A DNA stretch of 64,000 nt, taken from Candidatus Nanopelagicales bacterium. GTDB lineage: Bacteria > Actinomycetota > Actinomycetes > S36-B12 > JBBRLC01. The stretch's first letter is position 1. Every line of letters begins with the position of its first letter. Made by a program: the position numbers and the translations under genes. Under the pieces are notes generated by a model. It did no database searches, was not told the origin of the DNA, and was given only the letters and a program-made list of their open reading frames with translations. The DNA is taken from the NCBI GenBank assembly GCA_038244765.1, contig JBBRTC010000001.1, positions 629 through 64,628 of the forward strand, written 5' to 3'. This document shows, piece by piece, positions 38,199 to 50,133 of the stretch.

Positions 38199-39419
38199 AC
38201 GAGTGGGGGTGAGGATGTCGGCGGCGAAGGATTGCAGGGCGAGACGCGCGGGCGATCGCGGCATCGCTTCTGCCACCGTACGACCGTCCCGTGCGGCGCG
38301 GTCGTAGGCCAATCTGTCATCGGGGATGCACACCACGTCGTTGATGCCCGCGTGGCGCGCGAGTGCGGCGCGAATCTGTCGCTCGGGCTGGGCGCCGATG
38401 GGGTCCGGGCGTACACGAGTCACTACTACCCGGATCTCGGTGTCAGGTACGACGTCTCGCAAATCCAACAAGCCGCGCACGAGCCGGGCGATTCCGATCG
38501 GCTCACCCCCACCCACTGCCACCACCACATCGGCGTTTTCCAGCGCCGTCAGCGTCGCGGCATTGCGTCGCGGCGCCAACGTGTCAAAGAGCACGTCCTC
38601 GTCGTGATCCAACGCGAATCCACAATCAACAATCACCGTCGAACTCAGTGAGCGTGCGGCCTCCCACAACCGGACCAGCCCCGACGGTCTCAATTCCATC
38701 CAACGATCAGGTCGCGGAAGACCGGTGAGAACGCGGGGACCGTTACGTACCTGCGCGCACAATTGCGCCAACCCCGCTGCATCCAGGGTTCCCGAGTCGG
38801 CTCGACGACACGCGGCCGCGATCCCTGGCGCGTCATCAACGATCCCGAGCGATTGGGCGATCGACGACGAATAGACATCGGCGTCGATCAGAAGTGAATC
38901 GATCCCAACGCGCGCGGCTTCGTCGGCGAGCGCGAGCGCCACCGACGTACGACCCGGAGACCCCACCGGGCCCCAGACAGCGACCAGCAAACCATCTGAT
39001 GTGCCGACATCGGCAACTGGTCGCATCACACCGACGCCAGCTGGCACTGCTTGAGATAGAGACTCGATCGTGGCGAACACGCCCGCGAGCGATTCTGCGA
39101 TGCCGACGACCTCGTCAACCCCGATTGCGCGCAACCGCTCGGCTTCGGGGTCGGCGTCGTCGTCGACGCAACCGACGACGGCCACGTCATGGCTATGCAG
39201 TTGTAGGACCACGTTCGCGTCGAGGCGAGACAATCCGCCAGACACAACGGCGACTCGTGCGACCCCCGCTGAGGCGACCGCGACGAGATCCGCCACGTCA
39301 AGACAACGGCGTACGACGAGAACTGACGACGCGGGATGCGTCAACGCTGCGATGAGCGCGGACTCCCACGGCGCCGATGCCAACGCCACCACGATGGGTG
39401 TCGGCGAACCGGGGGTCAC
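38181..39419 (-). CDS. ssd: CpaE/MinD-like ATPase-fold protein (septum site-determining protein Ssd, Rv3660c-like)
   Basis: N-terminal receiver-like region plus a ParA/MinD-like domain (VAVWGPVGSPGRTSVALALA deviant P-loop). Adjacent to the SAF-domain gene. Confidence 0.75.
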   Translation of the reverse strand: MTPGSPTPIVVALASAPWESALIAALTHPASSVLVVRRCLDVADLVAVASAGVARVAVVSGGLSRLDANVVLQLHSHDVAVVGCVDDDADPEAERLRAIGVDEVVGIAESLAGVFATIESLSQAVPAGVGVMRPVADVGTSDGLLVAVWGPVGSPGRTSVALALADEAARVGIDSLLIDADVYSSSIAQSLGIVDDAPGIAAACRRADSGTLDAAGLAQLCAQVRNGPRVLTGLPRPDRWMELRPSGLVRLWEAARSLSSTVIVDCGFALDHDEDVLFDTLAPRRNAATLTALENADVVVAVGGGEPIGIARLVRGLLDLRDVVPDTEIRVVVTRVRPDPIGAQPERQIRAALARHAGINDVVCIPDDRLAYDRAARDGRTVAEAMPRSPARLALQSFAADILTPTRRVVSL

Positions 39420-40102
39420 GACGACGTCGTGGGCAGTCGTACCAGGTCAATATCGCCGTGATGTAGCGCGGACACCAACCGCGCAACGTCGGCATTTGGT
39501 ACGTCGAGCACGACCGGCACCAGCGAGGCAACGCCCACGGATTCAATCGTGGGGATCTCGTCAACGACAGCGCCAGCGAGTACCAAGTGAGGTGCAGCAT
39601 TCCCCGCTAGCGAGGCCGCATCGTCTTTGGGAGTCACCCATACGTCGACGCGCTCACCATGACTCAAACCCGACGGCGCATGCGCAACATCGACAGAGAC
39701 GGTCACCAATCGACGATCGGTTGCTGCCTCCGTCGCCAGCGACGACGCGGAGACCAACTGTCCGCTCACGACGCGGTGCGACAACCGAGAGCCAACGGGT
39801 GAATGATCCGAATTGAGATAGTCACCGCCGTCAATGCGAACGGCGCTCACGACAACGTCATCGTCGGTCACTACCGTGCCCGCGCTGAGGTCGCGCGCAA
39901 AAGACCACACCTGGGTACGCGAGTCAGCTCCCGAGAGCAGTCGCGACCCGGCCACCATCGCGACCACGATCAACACGACGCCGACGAGAACGCGTCCATC
40001 GCGCCAACGCGGCGACCCCTGTCGGACGGCTTCGGGCGAAGGCGTTCCCGCCGAATTACCAGGCGCTGTCGACCCAGAACGTGTCAGAACAAATTGCGCC
40101 AC
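39416..40102 (-). CDS. SAF-domain protein (CpaB/RcpC-like Flp pilus assembly protein)
   Basis: TM segment VLVGVVLIVVAMVAG followed by VWSFARDLSAGTVVTDDDV (SAF). GTG 40102 is preceded by GGAGGA. The longer ORF would overlap the HTH gene. Confidence 0.7.
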   Translation of the reverse strand: MAQFVLTRSGSTAPGNSAGTPSPEAVRQGSPRWRDGRVLVGVVLIVVAMVAGSRLLSGADSRTQVWSFARDLSAGTVVTDDDVVVSAVRIDGGDYLNSDHSPVGSRLSHRVVSGQLVSASSLATEAATDRRLVTVSVDVAHAPSGLSHGERVDVWVTPKDDAASLAGNAAPHLVLAGAVVDEIPTIESVGVASLVPVVLDVPNADVARLVSALHHGDIDLVRLPTTSS

Positions 40103-40175
40103 AGGTCCTCCCCCGTTATTCGGACGTGACGGCCTGCCGAGGGTGCGGGACGAGACGAGGACGCGACCAGCGAAG

Positions 40176-40192
40176 TGTCCAAGGGGTGGACA
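40176..40192. promoter_or_regulatory. candidate operator TGTCCA-AGGGG-TGGACA in the SAF-ssd / HTH divergent region
   Basis: Read directly. Half-sites and 5-nt spacing are identical to 24445-24461. Confidence 0.4.
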
Positions 40193-40250
40193 CCCTTTCG
40201 AGTGGTTGCACCAAACTGCATCATCTGGGCGCAACTGCCATGATGCATAC

Positions 40251-40472
40251 GTGACTCCACGTTTCCTCACCCTCGCCGATGTCGCTGAGGTGCTCAACAC
40301 ATCGTCGGCCCAGGTGTACGCACTGGTGCGATCCGGCGAGCTGCGCGCTCTGAAAATGGGGGGCCGCGGTCAGTGGAGGGTGCAAAGCAGCGATCTCGAG
40401 GAGTACATCGCGACGGCGTACGCCGCGACCGAAAAGTTCCTCCAGAGCCATCCCTTCGGCAAATCCGACTGA
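40251..40472 (+). CDS. small excisionase-family/MerR-like helix-turn-helix DNA-binding protein (73 aa)
   Basis: FLTLADVAEVLNTSSAQVYALVRSGELRALKMGGRGQWRV is typical of the excisionase-type HTH. In-frame GTG at 40251. Confidence 0.75.
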   Translation: MTPRFLTLADVAEVLNTSSAQVYALVRSGELRALKMGGRGQWRVQSSDLEEYIATAYAATEKFLQSHPFGKSD

Positions 40473-40499
40473 GCGACGCTGACCCGCGGGGCGCCGGCC

Positions 40500-41087
40500 C
40501 TAGCGTCGCTTGATCCAGCGAATCGCGTCATAGGAAATCGTGTGGATTTCAGCGACGCCCGTTGTGCGCCGAAAAATGTCGGCCGGATGGACGGCGACGT
40601 CCACGTGGTCGCGGCCCGCTCGATTCAAGGTACCCGTCACGTCGCCCAGTCCCGCGACGCCTAGCGTGACCGTGCGACGGTCACGAACCCAACGTCTCAC
40701 GACTGCCGAGATACCGTAGCGCTGACCCACGAAACTTTTGGTATCAGTACTTTCCGATGATTGGCCTAAATCTGTAACTGAGATTATCGACCTCAGGGGA
40801 AGCAACCATTCCGCGCCCGACTCCGTCTCAGATCCAACGAGCCATTCCGGACCCACATCGTTGATCAACAAACTCACGATGCGAAACCCGTTCGACGAAT
40901 CGAGGATGCGTAGCGATACAACTCGGTGACGCGCGGCAGTGAGTCGATCAATGAGAGAGATCTGCGCCCACTCGCGTCGAGTTCGATCGGCGATCTCATC
41001 GGCCAGATTCTCGTCCGCAATCGTCTGAGCCTGGGCCTCCAGATCTGCAAAGACCCCGTCCCATCGATCTGGCTCGGCGTTGACCAA
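40500..41087 (-). CDS. hypothetical protein
   Basis: ORF of coding character. The TTG at 41087 is preceded by GGGGGAG. No recognisable motifs. Confidence 0.5.
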   Translation of the reverse strand: MVNAEPDRWDGVFADLEAQAQTIADENLADEIADRTRREWAQISLIDRLTAARHRVVSLRILDSSNGFRIVSLLINDVGPEWLVGSETESGAEWLLPLRSIISVTDLGQSSESTDTKSFVGQRYGISAVVRRWVRDRRTVTLGVAGLGDVTGTLNRAGRDHVDVAVHPADIFRRTTGVAEIHTISYDAIRWIKRR

Positions 41088-41253
41088 CGACCCACTCCCC
41101 CCGTGAGGATCGCAACGTAGGTCAGGCCAGGAGAGCGTGACAACGCCTTCGGTCCAAAAGCACCTAGACGTGCCCCTTGACATAATCGCTAATCTCCGCA
41201 TACTTCATCAAACACAAGCAAACAGGCATTAAGGCATCACTCCAGGGGGAACG

Positions 41254-41946
41254 ATGTGGGTCGAAGCAATGCTGAACGACCGTGCTGCGGGTTCGGGAGG
41301 TCTCGTTGCGGGTCCCCTCGCTGCGGGAGGCGAGCCGGTGGACCGCGTTGGACTGTGGAGTGCCGTCCTCCTCGCGGGGGTTTACCTCGTGCGTCTCGCT
41401 CTCGCATGGATCGTCCTCGGCCTCGCCCGACTTGGTCGGCCTGGGAACCGGAACGCCTGGCGTTGCGGCCTGGCCACGATGGCCGTTCGGCTAGCTCCGC
41501 AACACTCACGCGCTCGGATGCTGCGCTGGTCCGGCGTTGCCCTCACGACAGGGGTCGTGCTCGGCGCGAGCACTGCAACCATGGCCGGCGCCGCCGAACC
41601 TCCATGGCCCAGTTTGGATCGGGGAACTGTTCAGGTCACCAGTGCAATGGCGATCCGCAACCTGGTGGCGCGAGCGCCTACCGTTCGACCGAGTGTGGGG
41701 TCTCTACACACGAATCGCCATGTGAGGTCTGAGTCGAGAATTCGCGGCTCCGTGGTTGTACGTCGCGGCGACACCTTGTGGGATATCGCCGCTCAACATC
41801 TCCACAGTCGCCGAACCAATGCGGGAATCGCGCGAGCATGGCCGCAGTGGTATCGCCTCAATCGAACGGTTATTGGTGCTGACCCGAACTTGATCCTCCC
41901 AGGGATGCGCCTGCGAATCCCCACTTCGTCGGACCAGGTGACCTGA
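41254..41946 (+). CDS. LysM peptidoglycan-binding domain protein with N-terminal membrane segments
   Basis: C-terminal VVVRRGDTLWDIAAQHL...NLILPGMRLRIP (LysM). Confidence 0.7.
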   Translation: MWVEAMLNDRAAGSGGLVAGPLAAGGEPVDRVGLWSAVLLAGVYLVRLALAWIVLGLARLGRPGNRNAWRCGLATMAVRLAPQHSRARMLRWSGVALTTGVVLGASTATMAGAAEPPWPSLDRGTVQVTSAMAIRNLVARAPTVRPSVGSLHTNRHVRSESRIRGSVVVRRGDTLWDIAAQHLHSRRTNAGIARAWPQWYRLNRTVIGADPNLILPGMRLRIPTSSDQVT

Positions 41947-42632
41947 TGAGCGAGGCGCCCATTGTTGCTCTGGTCAAAGAAGTCTCCGACTACGAAATCC
42001 GCATCTCGCGCCCGCCGAACTGGCTGGAACCCACCCACACTGAGCGATGGACCGGCTACGACGACGAAGTACCTGACGACGAGAGTTTCGGGCGGCTGAT
42101 CGGGCTACCTCATCGCGACGGTCGCTACATCCAGGGAACTCTTCCCTTGCCCTGGACACGCGAGGCAATCACGCCGCGGCTGGCACGACCGAGCCTGCGT
42201 CTCGTCGGTTCGGCCACCAACGCTCCGGTCAGACCGCTCGCTAACGATGACACTGATCCGTTGTTCGCCACTCAACGAACACCGAGCGATGCGCTTCCCG
42301 ATCCGGCCAAGTGGGCCGCGCAATTGGGTCAAGCAGTCATCGAAGTGCTTGATGGTCGGAGATCCCCGAGCCAACTTCTGCGCTGGACCACACCGGAAAT
42401 CCATCGGGCGTTACGAACACGGGCCGCCGCATTGCACCACCGCAGCGAGTCAGTCGCGGCATCAACTGGTCCGAGCCGATTGCAGGTCCGCAGCGTGCAC
42501 GTCTGTGAACCCGAAACTGGGATCGCCGAAGTATCGGTCGTGCTGAGCGCCCCGCGTCGGTCGCGTGCGATGGCCATGCGCCTAGAAGGGATGGACGGTC
42601 GCTGGCGAGCGACCGTGTTGATGATGGCGTAA
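41946..42632 (+). CDS. Rv3235-family protein (conserved actinobacterial protein found near secA)
   Basis: AAQLGQAVIEVLDGRRSPSQLLRWTTPEI...AEVSVVL...RSRAMAMRLEGMDGRWRATVL. The start overlaps the LysM gene stop (TGATG). Confidence 0.65.
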   Translation: MSEAPIVALVKEVSDYEIRISRPPNWLEPTHTERWTGYDDEVPDDESFGRLIGLPHRDGRYIQGTLPLPWTREAITPRLARPSLRLVGSATNAPVRPLANDDTDPLFATQRTPSDALPDPAKWAAQLGQAVIEVLDGRRSPSQLLRWTTPEIHRALRTRAAALHHRSESVAASTGPSRLQVRSVHVCEPETGIAEVSVVLSAPRRSRAMAMRLEGMDGRWRATVLMMA

Positions 42633-42655
42633 TGGTGTGGAGCTTCTGAGCTGGA

Positions 42656-45451
<2,796 letters not shown>

Positions 45452-45687
45452 CAGTGACGTCCTTGTCAGTTCGCCGGCCTTAGGGCCGGTGGGTCCCATC
45501 CCCGCGGCACGGGCATGGCAGTAAGAGCGTTCACACGCCCAGACGGTCATGGTAACCGTTCGGTCACGATAGGCCGATCGACGCGAGGTCCGTTTGGCCG
45601 GTTGGCTGGGTTTTGGATTGCGGTTGAGCACCGCGGCCAAGCCGGGTCGAGAAATCCGGGTGCGGGCCGGGGCCGACGTAAGGTCTG

Positions 45688-46281
45688 ATGGCTTCCATGA
45701 GCGTTGCCCAGAAGCCCGATCCCCTTGCGGTGCCCATCCGCGTCGACCTCGACGACGGAGTGGTGCGAATGCGCGCACCGGCTGCCGGCGATCGAGACGC
45801 GATCGTCATCGCTGCCAATGACCCTGACGTTGCGCGCTACACGATGGTTCCGTCGCCATACACCCTCTCCGACGCCGAAGAGTTCATCGCCGGACGTAGC
45901 GACGCGTGGGCCGAAGGGAACTTCACCTTCGCCATTGTGGACGCCGTGACAGATGAGTTTCTGGGCATGTGCGGGGTTCACAACAGCCAGCCAGGGGGTC
46001 TCGCGGGCGGCGCCGCTGAAGTCGGCTATTGGTTGGCGCCGGGCGCGCGTGGACGCGGCGTCATGACTCGCGCGCTCACGCTCCTGTGTCGGTGGTGCTT
46101 CGAGTCGATGCCTCTTGAACGGCTCACCTGGTACACCCTCGAGGGCAACACTGCCTCGCGTGCTGTAGCGGAGCGCGTCGGCTTCCAGATCGAGGGCTAC
46201 GTTCGCCTCGGCATAATTCACCGCGGCACGCGCGTTGACTGTTGGATGGGCGGACTGCTGCGCGCAGACATGGCATCGTGA
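45688..46281 (+). CDS. GNAT family N-acetyltransferase (RimJ/RimL-like)
   Basis: [19 protein letters not shown] acetyl-CoA-binding motif. Confidence 0.85.
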   Translation: MASMSVAQKPDPLAVPIRVDLDDGVVRMRAPAAGDRDAIVIAANDPDVARYTMVPSPYTLSDAEEFIAGRSDAWAEGNFTFAIVDAVTDEFLGMCGVHNSQPGGLAGGAAEVGYWLAPGARGRGVMTRALTLLCRWCFESMPLERLTWYTLEGNTASRAVAERVGFQIEGYVRLGIIHRGTRVDCWMGGLLRADMAS

Positions 46282-46327
46282 CGCGCCCCGTGCTCACGGC
46301 CGTGTCGCCTAGCTTCAGGAGTGAACG

Positions 46328-46879
46328 GTGACGGCGTTTGAACCCGTCGAGATCGCAGCGGGGCCCTACCAACTGCGGCCCTGGCCGGTCGCCAACGCCG
46401 ATCTTGATGAGGTACTCACCGAGTTCTGTCGTGACGATGACACCAAAGCGGGCATCGCCGCGTTTCAGGGACCACTCGGCGAAACGGTTGCCGGTTTGCG
46501 CGAGCGTCGACTGACGGGCTGGGAGACCGGGCTCTACCTCGGGTGGGGCATCCGAGACGTGACAACTGGACGCTGCCTCGGCGAAGTCACGTTGATCCAC
46601 ACGAACTTGACCCACCAGGTCGCTGAGATCGGTTACGCCACTCGACCCGGTCACCGAGGGCAAGGGGTCATGTCACTCGCGGTTCCCGCGGCGTACCGCT
46701 GGGGCTTTGAGGGGTTAGGTCTACATCGCATCGCGTTGGGTCACATGGTCGAGAACGCCGGATCGCGGCGGATCGCGGAGAAGTGCGGCTTTACCTTCGA
46801 GGGGCGGTTTCGAGGGGACTACATCAACAATGGTGAGCACGTCGACACCATGTGGTGGTCCCGCCTCGCTACCGACTGA
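46328..46879 (+). CDS. GNAT family N-acetyltransferase (RimJ/RimL-like), tandem paralogue
   Basis: EIGYATRPGHRGQGVMSLA motif. Same family as the upstream gene. Confidence 0.85.
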   Translation: MTAFEPVEIAAGPYQLRPWPVANADLDEVLTEFCRDDDTKAGIAAFQGPLGETVAGLRERRLTGWETGLYLGWGIRDVTTGRCLGEVTLIHTNLTHQVAEIGYATRPGHRGQGVMSLAVPAAYRWGFEGLGLHRIALGHMVENAGSRRIAEKCGFTFEGRFRGDYINNGEHVDTMWWSRLATD

Positions 46880-46888
46880 ACTCGGAAT

Positions 46889-46935
46889 ATGAATGTGCAG
46901 GTGGTCCGGTCTGGTGGGACCAATGTGACATTCAT
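46889..46935. terminator. compound hairpin between convergent genes (possible bidirectional terminator)
   Basis: atgaatgt (46889-46896) pairs with acattcat (46928-46935). The inner tggtcc (46902-46907) pairs with ggacca (46917-46922). Confidence 0.35.
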
Positions 46936-46960
46936 GCAGAGATCGCGGAGGTGAGTGGAG

Positions 46961-48265
46961 TCACGGCCTAGGAGGGGAGGTGCGGGCGATGTGTACGTCA
47001 GTGCAGCCCACCCACGTCGCAGCTTCGCGAAGTGCGGTCATCGTTGCAGCGACGGCTGACTCTGGAACGTGACCTCGCTGATTCACCTCGTACACCACGT
47101 GTTTGGCCACCAAAGTCGAGCCTTCGCGTTTCGGGTCAACGCGCGCAACCAGACGACCGCCGTGGAGCACCGGCATAGCGAAGTAGCCATGTTCGCGCTT
47201 TGCCGCGGGGGTGTACGCCTCAAGGCGGTGATCAAAACCGAAGACTCGCGCCGTACGACCGCGGTGCCAGACAAGTGAGTCGAACGGACTCAGCAAAGTC
47301 GTGCGAGATCGACCCGTCAATGTCGAATTGGCCCACTTCTCCAACAATTCGGGATCGGCGAACACCGGGCTGGCCCACTCATCGACATCGACGCCGACGA
47401 GCAACCCAGCGTCTGCGAGTTCGCGGATCGCGAACAAGACCTCGCTTCGTGACGCCGCATGAGTCGTCAACCGATGGACATCGACAATGTCGGCGACGGT
47501 TCCCACCCCGAGCGAGCGAATCGATCGGCGTACCAGTTCGCGAAGGCACTCGTGATCACTAGGACCGAGGACGCCGTCATCGTCAGTCCAGTTGTTGGCG
47601 CTGGGGGCGACTCGATGCTCGTCTGGTATCGCGCGCTCCGCCAGGTCGTACACGCGGCGGAAGCCAACTCGGCGTACACACACCACGTCACCGACATCGA
47701 GCAGCCATTCGATCGCGATTTTGTTCTCCGACCAGTCCCACCATTGGCTGCCGCGCTTCGCGCCACCTAATTCGCGAGTAGTGAGGGGACCAACGTCTCG
47801 AAGCCGCTGTCGAATCCCCTCAAGCGCTGCCGTTGGTACGTCATGCCAACGCACCCCGCGTCGGCGATAAGACCTGCGGCGAAAGGCAAACAGCGGCCAT
47901 TGATCGACGGGCAAGATGCACGCTGCATGGCTCCAATACTCAAATGTGCGCGCTGCTTCGGTGGTGTGAATATCGCCGGGACCTTTCGCACCGATTCCCC
48001 AATAGCACGCCTCGATTGCGTCCCTTCCGACCGCGCCTAGCCGAGCGTACGGAACCAATTCGTGATTGCGAGCAAGGACACTGATCGTGTCGATCTGGAC
48101 AGCACCCAGGTGCTCGAGGGTTTGGCCGACCGCGTCAACGCGTGTGCTGAGACGGGCCTGCGGTGACTGTGCCGGGGACAGCACGTACGGCCGACCCGCG
48201 AGACCTTGCGCGTGAAGCGCCAACAGCCGTACGTCAGCGCGCTTCAGCCTGGGGATTTCGCTCAC
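46961..48265 (-). CDS. winged-helix DNA-binding protein, YcaQ/AlkZ-like (DUF1006) putative interstrand-crosslink DNA glycosylase
   Basis: FEYWSHAACILP and the overall length and pattern fit the YcaQ family. Confidence 0.7.
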   Translation of the reverse strand: MSEIPRLKRADVRLLALHAQGLAGRPYVLSPAQSPQARLSTRVDAVGQTLEHLGAVQIDTISVLARNHELVPYARLGAVGRDAIEACYWGIGAKGPGDIHTTEAARTFEYWSHAACILPVDQWPLFAFRRRSYRRRGVRWHDVPTAALEGIRQRLRDVGPLTTRELGGAKRGSQWWDWSENKIAIEWLLDVGDVVCVRRVGFRRVYDLAERAIPDEHRVAPSANNWTDDDGVLGPSDHECLRELVRRSIRSLGVGTVADIVDVHRLTTHAASRSEVLFAIRELADAGLLVGVDVDEWASPVFADPELLEKWANSTLTGRSRTTLLSPFDSLVWHRGRTARVFGFDHRLEAYTPAAKREHGYFAMPVLHGGRLVARVDPKREGSTLVAKHVVYEVNQRGHVPESAVAATMTALREAATWVGCTDVHIARTSPPRP

Positions 48266-48277
48266 CGGTTGGCTTGG

Positions 48278-48946
48278 TTAGGCGATTTGAAGGACGCCTT
48301 CGCGTACGGCGCGGATGACCGCTTCCATCCGCGAGTGAACCCCCAGTTTTTCGTGGATGTTGCGGACATGGTTTTTCACGGTGTTCTCGCTGATGTAGAG
48401 GCGCTCAGCGATGCTGCGGTTGTTCAGCCCCTCCGCGACGAGGGAGAGGACTTCACGCTCACGGTGCGACAACGCGATGGCGCCGGCGGACTGGCGTTCA
48501 CGGCGGGCCGACAGAGAGACAAGTTCATCCAAGAGTTGGCTCACCAACGCCGGTGACAGCAAAGACTCGCCAGCTGACACGGCCTGGATCGCTTCACGCA
48601 ACTCGTCAACTGAACATGAGCGGGACAGGTAGCCGCGAGCACCCGCGCGTACGGCGTCAGCGAGACCGGCGTCCTCAGCTCCCTCGGCCAGCACCAGCAC
48701 GTGCGGAGCAGGGTCACAGTCTCGCAATGCACGACATGCCGCGGCCCCGCCTTGTGCAGGTAATTGCAGATCGACCAGAACAATGTCGATGGGATCGCCC
48801 GCAGTCGATTGGTGGAGAACGGCGGCACATGCTGAGGCAGAATCCCCTACTTCGCCGACGACGGTGACGGCGGAAACTCCGGAGAGCGCCTCGATCAGAC
48901 CGCGCCGAAAGATTGGCGCACGATCCGCCACGAGTACTCGAACCAT
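48278..48946 (-). CDS. LuxR/NarL-family response regulator (orphan, atypical receiver)
   Basis: Receiver (VLVADR...IVLVDLQLP) plus C-terminal LuxR HTH (LSHREREVLSLVAEGLNNRSIAERLYISENTVKNHV). ATG 48946. Confidence 0.85.
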   Translation of the reverse strand: MVRVLVADRAPIFRRGLIEALSGVSAVTVVGEVGDSASACAAVLHQSTAGDPIDIVLVDLQLPAQGGAAACRALRDCDPAPHVLVLAEGAEDAGLADAVRAGARGYLSRSCSVDELREAIQAVSAGESLLSPALVSQLLDELVSLSARRERQSAGAIALSHREREVLSLVAEGLNNRSIAERLYISENTVKNHVRNIHEKLGVHSRMEAVIRAVREGVLQIA

Positions 48947-49001
48947 GAAGCAAGCCTCCCGCGGCGCATCATGGCACGCGCACGCTCGGCGCGAACTCAC
49001 T

Positions 49002-49730
49002 TCAGCCGTTCTCGGCGAATTCCTCTGTCTCACCTTCGTCGTGCAAGCGAATGAGCCCGTAGTCGAAACCACGTCGGCAATACACCACGCTCGCGCGGCC
49101 ATCGTCACTGTCCATGAAGAGGAAGAAGTCGTGCCCGACGAGTTCCATCGCGTGGAGGGCCTGCTCAACGGTCATGGGTCCGGCGGCGTGGGTCTTTTCT
49201 CGTACGACGACAGGCCCAGCGGAGTAGACCACGTCATCCACGTCGTCTTGAGCGGGAGTCCCAGTAACAGTGCCATTCCGGGCACCAGCAGCAGCTGTCG
49301 AGCCCGACACTTTCGGCATGTCATCGACAACTGACAATCGCGCGCCCAAACCCTGCGCGGGGTCCAACTCCGGCGCGGCCGCGGTCACGGACGCCGTGGA
49401 CGCGCGCCCGTGCCGATGGAAGCGGCGACGTTCGCCCGCCCGCCGAAGCCTCTCCTCGAGCCGAGAGTAGGCGACGTCCAGCGCCGCGTACTTGTCGTTT
49501 GCTGATGCTTCTGCACGAATCACTGGACCTCGTCCACGGCAGGTGAGTTCGACTTCGTACGCGCGGTCAGATTGGCGTGGATTCACTTCTTTTGTTACTT
49601 CGACATCGATACGCATCAGTGGGACGCCGAAGCGATCCAAACGCGAAAGTTTTTCAGTGACGTGGTCGCGGAAGCGAGAGGAGACCTCAAGGTGGCGGCC
49701 ACGTACAACGATGTCGACGTTTTGGTTCAC
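49002..49730 (-). CDS. hpf: ribosome hibernation promoting factor, long form
   Basis: N-terminal S30AE/RaiA domain (VVRGRHLEVSSRFRDHVTEKL). C-terminal dimerisation domain (MTVEQALHAMELVGHDFFLF...VVYCRRGFDYGLI). Confidence 0.9.
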   Translation of the reverse strand: MNQNVDIVVRGRHLEVSSRFRDHVTEKLSRLDRFGVPLMRIDVEVTKEVNPRQSDRAYEVELTCRGRGPVIRAEASANDKYAALDVAYSRLEERLRRAGERRRFHRHGRASTASVTAAAPELDPAQGLGARLSVVDDMPKVSGSTAAAGARNGTVTGTPAQDDVDDVVYSAGPVVVREKTHAAGPMTVEQALHAMELVGHDFFLFMDSDDGRASVVYCRRGFDYGLIRLHDEGETEEFAENG

Positions 49731-50133
49731 GGCATCTCCCCTCGCATTACCTGGACAACGACGGTCACACCTGAAGTCGGCTCACACCGAAACTGACTAC
49801 CTCGGCGTTGGTAGACACCCACCCGGCCGACCTGGTCTTCGACCCCACATTCGCCTGCTGAGACGTTCGCAGCTTCCTTGCCACTACTGGCCTTCTCTCG
49901 ACACGACAGTCATCTGGACTGTTGCTGAGGCAGGACTTACTTCTAAGCCGCACCGTGATCGAACGACAAGAAGTCGCCTTACGTGGACCGTTTCGCCTGC
50001 GGCTGGCATCGGCTTGTCCGACCTGACTTTCCGCCCGCTCTTCGCGACGAAAAGTCCGGTGGACGCAACCACGGACCCGGGCGGGTGCCATGGACTCACG
50101 GTAGTCCCGAATTCTGGGAAATGCTCATCAATG

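Noticed and set aside
45452-45778. N-terminal extensions of real genes: secA from 45778, the AKR from 869, pckG from 4100, prfB from 17153, tadC from 22357, mtrA from 55262, the RR from 49168, SAF from 40300, and lpqB from 52964.
   Set aside because: Family-typical N-termini start at internal ATG/GTG codons with good RBSs. The extensions overlap upstream genes or promoters and look non-coding.
49765-50091. 108-aa minus-strand ORF and other ORFs in the hpf upstream gap.
   Set aside because: No RBS, no recognisable motifs, and an Arg-rich composition. The region is treated as non-coding leader pending data.
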